Origin: Bdellovibrio sp.
GTDB taxonomy: Bacteria > Bdellovibrionota > Bdellovibrionia > Bdellovibrionales > Bdellovibrionaceae
DNA length: 64,000 nucleotides
Reading direction: 5' to 3'
Assembly: GCA_036676395.1 (NCBI GenBank)
Contig: JAKFCY010000002.1
Location: 1,696,001 to 1,760,000 of the forward strand
The translations under genes and the position numbers were made by a program. Positions 37,085-47,277 of this stretch are shown here, in pieces; the stretch's first letter is position 1, and each line of letters begins with the position of its first letter. The notes under the pieces were generated by a model. It saw only the letters and a program-made list of their open reading frames with translations. It ran no database searches and was not told the DNA's origin.

Positions 37085-39522
37085 GACGGCACTTCCTTTT
37101 GTTTAGAAAAAATATCGAACACAGACCACCTGGCCAGCTTGTCATAGCTGCCAAAGTGTTTAAAAAATTGTCCTTTAGGTAGACTTAATAAAATAACCAG
37201 TAGCGAACTTAAAATAATTTCCCATTTTAATGAAAGCTCTAATTCGCCCGAAACCCCGATCGCAACAGCCAGTATGAACCCCACGATGATATTTAAAATC
37301 CTTACTGGACGTGCAATTTCAGATAAAGCAATAATTGAAAAAGTAACTAAAAGTGCTGAACACATATGAATTATGTCTGATGCAGATTTCGGTAACTGCA
37401 AATATGTCGGCACCGCCATTAAAAGAAAACTTATAAAGCAACAACCGACAAGCCCCCACGGAATTGCCGATTTAATTTTCTGTGTTTTTTCGTTAAATTT
37501 TTCTGCCGGCAGTTCGACAATTTCTTCTGTCGTTAACGGGATGCCCCGCAAAAAAGTTCTCCAGAAGGGTTTACCTTCTCGGTGACTTTGTCGTAAAAAT
37601 TGAACTGTGGCTACGACCTCATCTAATGCCGGTGATACCATAACCAGCATGATAAATGCTGTTAACAGACAAAGAAAACACCACGCCCCGACACCAACGG
37701 GTTGAAGAATAACCAGCACGATGCTGGTGACTCCGGGCGGAATAATCATAAAGCCAAATAAAATAACCATCCAAGGCATCGTGCGCCAGCGGCGCTTATC
37801 GCCTATCATGCCAGAAACAGCGTCTAACAAATAAGAAAAGGCTCCTAATCCCGCATCCGAAACCGGAAAAGCTTTAGATATATCTGATTTTAAAATAGTG
37901 GCCGTCTGTTGATCAAATACTGGATCCCAAACTGTGTTGGTATGACCTAACTGATAAGCGGCCATATACCTTGCAATGAAAAAACCCAAAAAAGCCAAAG
38001 TAATAATAGGAATTCTTTGGCTCCAGGCCGAAGGGTTATAATCCCAGTTTTGCGGTGTATTTAAAACTTCTGGAACAGCATAGTAATGTTTTGCCGGCTG
38101 ATAACAACTACAGAGTATAATCAGCAGGCCTAATAAATTTCCTAGCGAATATGAAGTGCTTGAAGGTGTCCAAAATGCCAGTGGGGCAAATAAAATCCAA
38201 ACACCAGCGATGGCTGACAGCCAACGCGGCCAAGCCCATAGCGTCCAAAATGTAAGGCCTGAAAGCAGTATCACAAGCAGACCTGAAACCACTTCACTTC
38301 GTAAAACCGCTGCGTTTGATAAATGGGTAACGCTATCAGAAATTAACCAAAGGCCCCACAAAATATTCATAAAGTTAAGGGCATTGAGCTGGCGTATATA
38401 AATTTGCGAGGGCACTTCAAAACCTGAACCTTCTCCCTGCATTCGGCCTAGGGCCCGAGCTAACCGGTTTGGAATTTCCAGTTTATTTTCTTTATACCAT
38501 CTAACAGGATCAGCTTTTAAAGCGTCTAACATCAATGGAATTGTTTTTTTCAATTGATGATTCGGGTGCCAATTTAGCAACCGCTGGGCCTGGGTAATAT
38601 CCAAATCATAATGATCATCGGCAAAATCAATCATCCAGTGTTTTACAAACGGTTTACGTATAAAGGGAGTGTGATGTTGCAGCCAAGCTCCGGTTTTGGC
38701 AAACCACGTTGGCACTTTGAGTGAATCCCACTCATGACTGTAAAGCAGTTGCCCGATTTTTTCTTGCAGCTGGTTGTAAGACACCACCTCGGGTTCGCCC
38801 AAAAGTAAATCCAGCTGCTTCGGTAATTGTTTTCTTTTTTGCACGACTTTATCAATCGCATCAACTAGATCATTTAGATGGATAAAAGCTTGCCCTTTAG
38901 ACGAATCGCCCGGAAAAAAGTGACTGGATAAATGTTTTTCATAGATACGCACAATTTGATTTGAAATCGGAATTGAATGGCAACGATCATCGTAAACACC
39001 CGCTATTCTTAAACTCACAATCGGAATATCGCTGCTTGATCCTTTTAAGATTTTTTCGGCGGCGACCTTTGAGGCCGGATAAGCCCAAGAGGGTTCAACC
39101 GGCGAAGTCTCTTTGATCTTTTCGCCTTTTTGAGCCGGTTTATGAACTAGCATCGTGCTTGAAAATACAAACTGCTCAACAGTATAATTATTTAAAGCTG
39201 TTAATAAATTTTCTGTGCCTTTGACAGTGATTTTTTCATATTGCGGGCTTTCTTCTTCGGCAAAACTGTAATAGGCCGCTAAATGCACAACTGATGCAAT
39301 ATGATTTCCGTGTTTAACTTTAACCAGCTCTAAAGCCTGAGAAATACTGTTCAAAGATGAAATATCAACTTCGTAGTTTTCGCTATCTTTTGAACTGCCG
39401 GATATTTTTTGGTCAAATCCGATCACGGTAAATTGCGGCGATAATCTTGCTGCTATGGCTTTGCCGATGAAGCCACTGCTTCCGGTAATTATAACTGTAG
39501 GTTTCTGCGTTGAATTATCCAT
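37081..39522 (-). CDS. NAD-dependent epimerase + SPW-like + vitamin K epoxide reductase fusion
   Basis: ITGSSGFIG, HLAAYY, YPASK; YNPSAWSQR, SDAGLGA, RWRTMPW, WCFLC. Confidence 0.88.
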   Translation of the reverse strand: MDNSTQKPTVIITGSSGFIGKAIAARLSPQFTVIGFDQKISGSSKDSENYEVDISSLNSISQALELVKVKHGNHIASVVHLAAYYSFAEEESPQYEKITVKGTENLLTALNNYTVEQFVFSSTMLVHKPAQKGEKIKETSPVEPSWAYPASKVAAEKILKGSSSDIPIVSLRIAGVYDDRCHSIPISNQIVRIYEKHLSSHFFPGDSSKGQAFIHLNDLVDAIDKVVQKRKQLPKQLDLLLGEPEVVSYNQLQEKIGQLLYSHEWDSLKVPTWFAKTGAWLQHHTPFIRKPFVKHWMIDFADDHYDLDITQAQRLLNWHPNHQLKKTIPLMLDALKADPVRWYKENKLEIPNRLARALGRMQGEGSGFEVPSQIYIRQLNALNFMNILWGLWLISDSVTHLSNAAVLRSEVVSGLLVILLSGLTFWTLWAWPRWLSAIAGVWILFAPLAFWTPSSTSYSLGNLLGLLIILCSCYQPAKHYYAVPEVLNTPQNWDYNPSAWSQRIPIITLAFLGFFIARYMAAYQLGHTNTVWDPVFDQQTATILKSDISKAFPVSDAGLGAFSYLLDAVSGMIGDKRRWRTMPWMVILFGFMIIPPGVTSIVLVILQPVGVGAWCFLCLLTAFIMLVMVSPALDEVVATVQFLRQSHREGKPFWRTFLRGIPLTTEEIVELPAEKFNEKTQKIKSAIPWGLVGCCFISFLLMAVPTYLQLPKSASDIIHMCSALLVTFSIIALSEIARPVRILNIIVGFILAVAIGVSGELELSLKWEIILSSLLVILLSLPKGQFFKHFGSYDKLARWSVFDIFSKQKEVPS

Positions 39523-39534
39523 ATAGGCCAGAAT

Positions 39535-39550
39535 TGCAAAACACAGACCC
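39535..39550 (-). promoter_or_regulatory. Sigma54-type promoter
   Basis: Minus strand GGGTCTGTGTTTTGCA, 12 nt upstream of ATG 39522. Confidence 0.5.
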
Positions 39551-39641
39551 TAGCTAATGAATAAGTGTGAGGTGCATAGCCGCGAAAGTCAGAACTCTTG
39601 CCCCGTTGTTTTTTGGGGCGTTTGATTCAAATTGGCACGTT

Positions 39642-39683
39642 AATACATAGGCAAATACATAGGTAAATGCATAGGCAAATGCA
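39642..39683. repeat. 12-bp tandem repeat, 3.5 copies
   Basis: aatacataggca aatacataggta aatgcataggca aatgca. Confidence 0.85.
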
Positions 39684-39731
39684 GCGCTGATAAACAGATT
39701 TTCAGCTAAAAGAAGGTGTATACTCATACAT

Positions 39732-41669
39732 ATGAATGACATACTAAGAATTCTTATTGTCGAAGACAATAAGGTAGATCAAATCATCATCCGGAAGACG
39801 TTGGAAAAGTCTAAACTTAATCACGTCTCTGCTCTGGCTGATAATCATGTAGACTTTTTAAATCAACTTGAAAAATTCAAACCAAATTTAATTCTGTGTG
39901 ATTATTCAATGCCAAATTACGGGGCTCTGTATGTATTACGGTATTTAAAACAAAATAAAATCGATATTCCACTCATTATCGTCACTGGCACCTTAACTGA
40001 CGAGATGGCCGTCGAGAGTTTAAAAAATGGGGCTTCAGATTATGTTTTAAAAGATAAACTTGTCAGGCTTCCCACGACGATCAAAAATGCCATGAAAACC
40101 ACCCAGTACCTAAAAGAAAAGGCCGAAGTTGAAGACCGACTGGAAGTCATTTCTAATACAGTACCAGCTTCGCTATCTTATATATCAGCTGATCTGATTT
40201 TTTTATTCTGTAATAAGTTAAATTACGAATGGTTTCAAAAAATAATTGTCGGGTCTACAGTCAAAAATATTTTAGGGCCCGAGGTTCACCATAAAATTTT
40301 AAAAAACAAAGCCACCCTACGAAAAGGTTTGCAAGTTAACTTCGAAAGCTGCGTCGATCTTAAATCACGCCCAAGATATGTGAGTATTACACTGACCCCT
40401 GAATTAAATGGTCATGTCATTAAAGGTTATGTCTGCCTTATTACCGACATCACAGAACGAATTATTTTTGAAGAAACTTTAAAAAAATCAAAACAAGACG
40501 CCGAAGCTGCCAACAAAGCCAAAAGTCAGTTTCTTGCAAATATGAGCCATGAAATACGAACGCCCTTAAATGCAATTTTAGGTTTATCAGAGATGCTTTT
40601 AACTAATCACAATAGTATTAATCAAAGAACTTTATGGTTAAATAAAATTATTAAAAATAGCGAGCATCTTAAAAACGTCATTGATTCAGTGCTGGACTTA
40701 TCTAAAATCGAAGCTGGCAAAATGAGTGTTTATATACAAAAAACTTCAATTGCTGCAATCATTGCTCAGGTAAGATCTCTTTTACAGCCGCTAGCCTCTG
40801 AAAAAAAAATAAATTTGAAATTTGAAGTTCTCGGTGAAATTCCCGCTTATATTTTTTCTGATATGTCGAAAGTCATTCATATATTACTTAACATAGTCGG
40901 CAATTCTATAAAGTTCACTCCGCATGGAAGCGTTACAATTCAAGTGAGTGGCTTCAAAAATAAAGATAAATACTTTATTAAGTTCTTAATCAAAGATACA
41001 GGAGTTGGTATATCACAAGAAACCTGCAAAAATTTATTTTTGCCATTTTCGCAAGCTGACAACTCAATGACCCGAAGATTTGGCGGCACAGGATTAGGTT
41101 TAGTACTTTCAAAACAATTGGCCCTGGTGCTGGGTGGCGATATTGCACTTGAAGAATCGCTTCCTGGACTTGGATCTATATTTTCTGCAATCATTGAAGC
41201 TGGTGTTGTTGATTTCAGCCATACAATTACAAACTTTGAAAATTTGATTTCTGATCCTCATGAAAAAATCGACGAAATCATTAAATCAGCACAGCTTACA
41301 GATTTCAAAGTCTTGCTTGTTGAAGATTCTCCTGAAAACCAATTAGTCGTTCAAAATTTTTTAGAAACCGCAGGAGCCAAAGTCGATGTCGCCTCTGATG
41401 GCCAACAGGGCGTTGAGATGGCCGAGAATGGTAACCACGCCCTCATTATCATGGACATTCAAATGCCGATCATGGATGGCTATACCGCCGCTTCATTACT
41501 TCGCAATAATGGCTATGATAAGCCGATCATTGCTTTTACCGCGCATGCTTTTGAAGAAGAAAAACAAAAGTGCTTACAACTCGGATTTACAGATTTTCTT
41601 TCAAAGCCGATTCGAAAAACAGATTTACTTCAATGTGTTTCAAAATATAAAACATACAAGCACATCTAA
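39732..41669 (+). CDS. Hybrid histidine kinase (REC-PAS-HisKA-HATPase-REC)
   Basis: [48 protein letters not shown]. Confidence 0.94.
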   Translation: MNDILRILIVEDNKVDQIIIRKTLEKSKLNHVSALADNHVDFLNQLEKFKPNLILCDYSMPNYGALYVLRYLKQNKIDIPLIIVTGTLTDEMAVESLKNGASDYVLKDKLVRLPTTIKNAMKTTQYLKEKAEVEDRLEVISNTVPASLSYISADLIFLFCNKLNYEWFQKIIVGSTVKNILGPEVHHKILKNKATLRKGLQVNFESCVDLKSRPRYVSITLTPELNGHVIKGYVCLITDITERIIFEETLKKSKQDAEAANKAKSQFLANMSHEIRTPLNAILGLSEMLLTNHNSINQRTLWLNKIIKNSEHLKNVIDSVLDLSKIEAGKMSVYIQKTSIAAIIAQVRSLLQPLASEKKINLKFEVLGEIPAYIFSDMSKVIHILLNIVGNSIKFTPHGSVTIQVSGFKNKDKYFIKFLIKDTGVGISQETCKNLFLPFSQADNSMTRRFGGTGLGLVLSKQLALVLGGDIALEESLPGLGSIFSAIIEAGVVDFSHTITNFENLISDPHEKIDEIIKSAQLTDFKVLLVEDSPENQLVVQNFLETAGAKVDVASDGQQGVEMAENGNHALIIMDIQMPIMDGYTAASLLRNNGYDKPIIAFTAHAFEEEKQKCLQLGFTDFLSKPIRKTDLLQCVSKYKTYKHI

Positions 41670-42826
41670 AAAAAAGAACAGTTCACTGAATCTTCGTCTG
41701 GAACAGAAACAGCTGAAGCCCAATCTTTTTCAAAAATATTCAACATTTCTTTAATAGGTGCTGCTTCTGAAAACAAAATCCCCAGCTCGCGCGCATAGGC
41801 CATCGAATTACGAGAAAAATTAACTGAACCTATATAAGATGTTATTCCGTCGGCGATCATCATTTTAGAATGCATATACGGATGGGTCACGCTTTCAGGT
41901 TCTGGCATGACTTTGGTTTTTACTCCGCCAGCAGCCAGTTCTTTTAAATGGGGATAATTTAATTTCGCACTGCCACCTTTACTGCACATGGGCACTACAA
42001 TCCTAACAGCGACGCCCCTTTTTACAGCCGCAATTAAAGCGGTTTGAATTTCTACCGCACCAAGGTTTTCGACTTGCACAACCAGTGATTTTTTTGCTGA
42101 TGAAATTAAACTGACAAGCTTAGTTAAAGAATTGACAGGACTCCATACAAGGTGAATAGCGCTCACCGCAGGCGTCAGACCCTGTTGGGCACTTGCATTT
42201 TGCCAATCTTGCTCAAAAACATTTATCACTTCATTTACGACGACAGGGTCGTGAACGATCAAACCAAAATCGCGAGTGGTCTCGGTCAACTTTGTTAGAT
42301 TAATAGCTGTAATAAATGCTTCTGAATGATCAATGACCATAGATTTCTGATGCGAAATCGTAAATGCAGATGTGCTTGCACGCACGTCAACGCCACCGGC
42401 TTTTAATTGCTGATAGCCAAAATTAAAATTGGGCAGATTAAGGCTTATAGCATCGACAATAACTTTAACTGTTACTCCCCGTTTATGCGCTGACACTAAA
42501 GCATTGATAACATCGTTATCAGTTATATGAAACATCGCCATACGAATAATGCCGCCACTGACTGTTTTATTAATGCTTTGTAAAAACTCGACATGGCCTT
42601 TTGCATTCGGAGTTACAATTAACTGAACCGCTCCACTCAGTGCTGGTATCGCTGAGCTCACAACCGGCGAACTTGTCGGTGGAATTACCGGAGAAATCAC
42701 TGGTGGTTCTTCGGAATTTGGAGTTTCAGTTGAAGTATAAGTCGGTAAGATAGAACTGTCTGTACCTTGGGTGCAATTGAGTAGTAAAAAACAAACAAAC
42801 AAGATTGATAAAAACTGATTTTTCAT
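41666..42826 (-). CDS. Phospholipase D superfamily protein, probable lipoprotein
   Basis: Two HKD motifs ([20 protein letters not shown]); LLLNC lipobox-like; Pro/Ser/Thr linker. Confidence 0.87.
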   Translation of the reverse strand: MKNQFLSILFVCFLLLNCTQGTDSSILPTYTSTETPNSEEPPVISPVIPPTSSPVVSSAIPALSGAVQLIVTPNAKGHVEFLQSINKTVSGGIIRMAMFHITDNDVINALVSAHKRGVTVKVIVDAISLNLPNFNFGYQQLKAGGVDVRASTSAFTISHQKSMVIDHSEAFITAINLTKLTETTRDFGLIVHDPVVVNEVINVFEQDWQNASAQQGLTPAVSAIHLVWSPVNSLTKLVSLISSAKKSLVVQVENLGAVEIQTALIAAVKRGVAVRIVVPMCSKGGSAKLNYPHLKELAAGGVKTKVMPEPESVTHPYMHSKMMIADGITSYIGSVNFSRNSMAYARELGILFSEAAPIKEMLNIFEKDWASAVSVPDEDSVNCSFF

Positions 42827-42874
42827 CTTTTAGTTGTAGTCGATTTTTTCAGATAAAGTAATAAACAAACGTAT

Positions 42875-43474
42875 TTATTTGGTTTTTTCGATAAACAAAT
42901 AAAACTGTGAATCCAAATATCTTCTCATAAAAAAATACGGAGCTGGCGTTTTCATTTTTTTTCTGACTTCACGCACACTGACCGGGCGCACACATTTAAA
43001 CTCAAGAATTTTTTCAGCTTCACAAAGTTCAGAAACTTCTTCGCCGCGTTCAAAATATTGAATGTAAATTTCGACACTTGGTTCGGTTTTTATTTTTTGC
43101 GCTAGCTCTGCAGGCAGCGGCGTATTTAGAACTTGAATATACCAACAGTTTTCAGTGCAATTTGTTTGTGGAGCTATGCGAAGATCAAAAAACGAAGGCT
43201 TGCTGTTAGTTTGATAATAAGAAAGTGTACTTTCAGGAATATGCGTAAAAGGCTCATCTTCTATACCCATATACCAAATTACATTTTTAGCTGTTTGAAA
43301 ATCCGGAAACAAACGAAGTGCGATTGACTTTGCAATAAGTTCTGGCGCCGTGCCGATCTCTGTTGGGGCGATGACTCCCGCAGGGCGAAGTGCTGCACCT
43401 TGCTTCACTAGATAAAGCATTACACCAGAACCAATTAGAACAGCTGCCACAAGTAGAGAGATAACTATTTTCAT
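42875..43474 (-). CDS. Membrane-anchored hypothetical protein
   Basis: N-terminal TM helix, two Cys pairs. Confidence 0.7.
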   Translation of the reverse strand: MKIVISLLVAAVLIGSGVMLYLVKQGAALRPAGVIAPTEIGTAPELIAKSIALRLFPDFQTAKNVIWYMGIEDEPFTHIPESTLSYYQTNSKPSFFDLRIAPQTNCTENCWYIQVLNTPLPAELAQKIKTEPSVEIYIQYFERGEEVSELCEAEKILEFKCVRPVSVREVRKKMKTPAPYFFMRRYLDSQFYLFIEKTK

Positions 43475-43611
43475 ACAAAATTAAATCTACAGTACTTTTT
43501 CTCAGAATAAATGCCGCTCCTTGCTAAACAACTTTCTAAGTAGAGTTGCTGATTTTTTAGAGCGCTCATATTAGCTGACATCATACCTATGACAGATTAT
43601 CCTGAATTTCT

Positions 43612-44730
43612 ATGGAGAATTCATCTAATACAGAACAAGCAAAGTTTGAGGCCGTTTTTTACGGCACCGAAGCTCCATTAGTCATCTTCACCGGCCCTGA
43701 GATGGCCTATGAAATGCTGAACGACACTTATCAATCGATTTATCCGGGCCGCGAGCTTTTAGGCAAACCACTTCTTGAGGCCGTTCCTGAACTCGCCCAC
43801 TCACCTTTTCCGGGTATCTTAAAAAAAGTTTATGAAACCGGAGAAAATTTCATTTCGCATGAAGGTGTTGTTTATCTCAAAAATGAAATGACCGGCAAAA
43901 CAGAAGAGCGCTACTTCGACACCACATTTTCGCGTATTGATTACGGCGACGGGCAATTTCGCATCCTTGCAACACCCAAAGAAGTCACAGAAAAAGTTTT
44001 TGCCCGCAAAAAACTTGAACAAAGTTTAGTTGAATTAGAAGTTGAAAAAGAATTACGTGAAAAATTTGTTTCAGCACTGACTCACGACTTGCGAACACCA
44101 CTTGCAGTGATAAAATTGAGTGCGCAAGTTTTAAAAATGAAAAACGTTGATGCGCAAGCTCTTAATAAGAGCGTTCATCGCATATTGAGCAACACTGACC
44201 GGGCCGATCGCATGATTCATAATCTACTTGATGCCAATCGCTTAAAAGCCAACGAAGGCTTATCAGTCGTTGCTCAGGAATGCCAGCTTGAAGAAGTCAT
44301 CGAGTACGCTATCAATGACCTCGAAGATCTTTATGGCAAAAGATTTGTGATAGATAATTCTATCGGTAAAATCAAAGTCTACTGGGATAACATGGCTGTC
44401 CATCGATTGATTGAAAACCTGGCCAGCAATGCCATTAAATACGGTTCAGAAAACACCCCCGTCACGATCAGAATCAAACGCGACGGCGATTGGCTGGAAG
44501 TCAGAGTCCACAATTTGGGTAATCCAATTTCTGCTGAAGACCAAAAACTACTTTTTCACACCTATCAAAGAACTGAATGCGCCAAGGCCAGCAAACAAAA
44601 AGGCTGGGGCATCGGGCTGTCGCTTGTTCAGGGATTAGCGCAAGCCCATAGCGGCTCGATTTCACTTGAAAGCTGTGCCGATCACGGGACCTCGTTCATC
44701 GTTCGTCTTCCGATAGATGCGCGAAAATAA
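43612..44730 (+). CDS. Cytoplasmic PAS-domain histidine kinase
   Basis: PAS_4-like N-terminus; THDLRTPL, SNAIKYG, GWGIGLSLV. Confidence 0.92.
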   Translation: MENSSNTEQAKFEAVFYGTEAPLVIFTGPEMAYEMLNDTYQSIYPGRELLGKPLLEAVPELAHSPFPGILKKVYETGENFISHEGVVYLKNEMTGKTEERYFDTTFSRIDYGDGQFRILATPKEVTEKVFARKKLEQSLVELEVEKELREKFVSALTHDLRTPLAVIKLSAQVLKMKNVDAQALNKSVHRILSNTDRADRMIHNLLDANRLKANEGLSVVAQECQLEEVIEYAINDLEDLYGKRFVIDNSIGKIKVYWDNMAVHRLIENLASNAIKYGSENTPVTIRIKRDGDWLEVRVHNLGNPISAEDQKLLFHTYQRTECAKASKQKGWGIGLSLVQGLAQAHSGSISLESCADHGTSFIVRLPIDARK

Positions 44731-44742
44731 TTTATTATAAAA

Positions 44743-45894
44743 TTAAGTGAGCCCTAAATAGCCCATGACTGCTGCGGCAAGAATCAACCACGCTGAATTT
44801 AATTTGAACCGCACAAGCAAAACTAAACTTACAGCAAGCATAAGACCGAAATACATTGAAATATCGCTTGATCGAAATAGTAAAATCGAAGCTCCCAGCA
44901 TTAAGCTTAAAGAAGAAATATTCAATCCATCAAGAACATATGAAATTTTTTTTGATTTTCTAAGCCTTGGTAAAAATGGTGCGCTTAACGCCACGAATAC
45001 GAAGGCTGGTAGAAATATACCTAAAGTTGCCATGACTGCACCTAAATTTCCGGCAATGACATAACCAATAAAGGTAGCGGTCGTGAATACCGGGCCAGGA
45101 GTAAACTGGCCAACTGCGATGGCATCAACAAGTTGCTGCTGATTAATCCATTGATACTTCATAACTAAATCACTTTGAAGAAAAGCGACAAGCACATATC
45201 CACTACCGAATAAGACTGAACCAATTTTAGCAAAATAAAAAAAGAGTTGGTTTATGGATGCATTATTTAGTGACGCCACGAAGCTAGCGGCTTTTGCCCC
45301 TGGTTGATGTAGAAAAGTTCCCAACATCAAAACACTGTACCCAGAAAAACTGTTTCGTTCGCGCCATATTAAATTCAATACGGCCGCAGAAAACAAAATA
45401 ACTAACTCATTTACACCAAACACATAAGCTACTAACGAACCAGCTGCCAAAACAAAATGGCCAATATCTTTAACGGCTGATTTTGAAAGGTTATAGACCG
45501 CATGAAATATAATTGCGATGATCACGGGAACAGTAGCTGCAAAGATAGCTTTAAAGGCTGGTAATGAGCCAAACTTCATATAGAACCAGGCTATCGCCCA
45601 TACAATTAAAAAGGCCGGTAAAATAAAACACACCCCCGCAGCGACAAGTCCACGCCACCCTGCTTTTTTGTGCCCGATATGAATCGCTAATTCTGTCGAA
45701 TTCGGACCAGGAATAAGATTTGTTGCTCCCAGCAAATCCAAAAACTCTTCTTTAGAAAGCCATTTTTTCTTTTGCACAAGATCGCTTTCCATCATCGCAA
45801 TATGAGCCGCCGGGCCACCGAATGCAGTGGTTCCAAGTTTTAAAAAACTGAGCGCTATTTCTTTAATTGAAACTGGCTTGTCGTTAGCATTCAT
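44743..45894 (-). CDS. chrA: Chromate transporter (long-chain CHR)
   Basis: FLKLGTTAFGG, IPGPNSTE, FGSGY, GQFTPGPVF; start 45894 preferred. Confidence 0.92.
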   Translation of the reverse strand: MNANDKPVSIKEIALSFLKLGTTAFGGPAAHIAMMESDLVQKKKWLSKEEFLDLLGATNLIPGPNSTELAIHIGHKKAGWRGLVAAGVCFILPAFLIVWAIAWFYMKFGSLPAFKAIFAATVPVIIAIIFHAVYNLSKSAVKDIGHFVLAAGSLVAYVFGVNELVILFSAAVLNLIWRERNSFSGYSVLMLGTFLHQPGAKAASFVASLNNASINQLFFYFAKIGSVLFGSGYVLVAFLQSDLVMKYQWINQQQLVDAIAVGQFTPGPVFTTATFIGYVIAGNLGAVMATLGIFLPAFVFVALSAPFLPRLRKSKKISYVLDGLNISSLSLMLGASILLFRSSDISMYFGLMLAVSLVLLVRFKLNSAWLILAAAVMGYLGLT

Positions 45895-46387
45895 AAAGTA
45901 ATTTAGACTTCTGTACGTTAATTGACTTATTTTTTGGTATTTCAGCAAAAAACTCCAGCTGCCAAGTTTGGGTCTTGCCGGCCTGCTTACTTTCAGCTTT
46001 ATCCCAAGGCGGATAAACTCTTAAGGCGCGCTTACCGCCTTTTCCGTTAACTGAAATCACGCCCTGCTTAATTAAAGCAGCTTTTGGAAAAACAAACTGA
46101 CCGAAATTATTTTTTTCTTTAACAATCACGATCAACAAATCGATATCGTCAGAACTATCATAGGGCTGAATACTTTTTGCAGATGGTCGCTTCCAAAAAG
46201 TAACAAATTGTCCGACTTTAGTTGGAGTAATCTTAGCATGCCGGTAATGCACAGATTTTTTATTAAGCTTAAAGGTGTGCGCGCAATACTCTGAACTTTC
46301 ATCTTCTTTTTGCAACTTAGAAACTTTGAATTTACAAACTTCAAAGACTTGTTTTCGTAAAATATTAAAAGTAGCCGAAAAATCCAT
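45884..46387 (-). CDS. MepB family protein
   Basis: AKITPTKVGQFVTFWKR, GQFVFPK, GKRALRVYPPW, TQ.WQ. Confidence 0.87.
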   Translation of the reverse strand: MDFSATFNILRKQVFEVCKFKVSKLQKEDESSEYCAHTFKLNKKSVHYRHAKITPTKVGQFVTFWKRPSAKSIQPYDSSDDIDLLIVIVKEKNNFGQFVFPKAALIKQGVISVNGKGGKRALRVYPPWDKAESKQAGKTQTWQLEFFAEIPKNKSINVQKSKLLYEC

Positions 46388-46615
46388 AATCTAACCTTAT
46401 TAGGAATTTAAAGTTTTGAGAACAGTTGAATTTTATCTGGAAGAAAAAAAGGCGTGTTCTTAACAGCTGGGCTGAATTGCTGGCTTTTTGCACAATATTG
46501 AACTATCGCAAACTGCTTATGAAATTAATAAGAAATTACAATTTTTGCAGATCGATCACATTTTTCGATATGACTGTCGTAAAGCTAATCTCCATCGCTT
46601 ATAACCTTAAAGTTC

Positions 46616-46631
46616 TGGAATTAATCTTGCA
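46616..46631 (+). promoter_or_regulatory. Sigma54-type promoter
   Basis: TGGAATTAATCTTGCA, 38 nt upstream of 46670. Confidence 0.5.
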
Positions 46632-46669
46632 CAACTCTTTATAACAACTTTCTAGCTTGGGAACTGACA

Positions 46670-47272
46670 TTGTATCAATTTAAGACGATTTTAACCGCAT
46701 TTATATTTCTATTTGTAGGATTTATTCTATCGCCCTCTCGCGTTCTGGCTAAGCCAGCTGGCCAATGCATTCAGCTTTTTGCTGCGGTCAACGTGTCGGA
46801 AAGTGCTGTGTTTGTGCTTGGACTAGATACAAATCTGAATTCATTTACTGAATATATAAAGGGTCAAACAGAGCTTGGCGTTTTTAACTACCGCACGATG
46901 AAAAATTTTATCAGTGAACGTGAATCATTAACTCAGCAGCTACTTAAAGATGTTTCGCTGCAAGATAAATACAGAACTGCCGAAGAATGGGCGCCCGTGT
47001 TTCAAAAAATAGTGCTAAATTTGATTCGCTTACCAAATCCAGAAAAGCCAATACTGTTCAATTTAGATGGTTACAATCTGCGCGAGCTTGTACATTTTCA
47101 ACAAGGAATCGTGCATCGAAAAACGAACTTCACTAATGTAGAGCTTATATTCATACTTTCAAACCCAGATGTCTTTAAACAAGTACGTTGGTTTTTATAT
47201 GACCGTGAACTTTCAAAAGCTGAAACCGAAAAGTTATTTAAAGATATAAATCCAAATCTATTCTTAGATTAA
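46670..47272 (+). CDS. Exported hypothetical protein with CxxLF after the signal peptide
   Basis: TTG start, signal ending VLA, then KPAGQCIQLF. Confidence 0.65.
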   Translation: MYQFKTILTAFIFLFVGFILSPSRVLAKPAGQCIQLFAAVNVSESAVFVLGLDTNLNSFTEYIKGQTELGVFNYRTMKNFISERESLTQQLLKDVSLQDKYRTAEEWAPVFQKIVLNLIRLPNPEKPILFNLDGYNLRELVHFQQGIVHRKTNFTNVELIFILSNPDVFKQVRWFLYDRELSKAETEKLFKDINPNLFLD

Positions 47273-47277
47273 GAGTG

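Noticed and set aside
39633..39648. TGGCACG perfect -24 element
   Set aside because: The -12 position is TACA, with no GC.
39642..39683. CRISPR-like array
   Set aside because: Units are 12 bp, contiguous and without spacers; no cas genes are present.
7369..41669. Repeated 4-nt overlaps of convergent stops (7369, 14433, 34443, 36803, 41666)
   Set aside because: Expected in compact AT-rich genomes; no special mechanism is needed.
46426..46644. 72-aa ORF in the mepB upstream gap
   Set aside because: TTG start, no SD, no motif, and it overlaps a candidate promoter.
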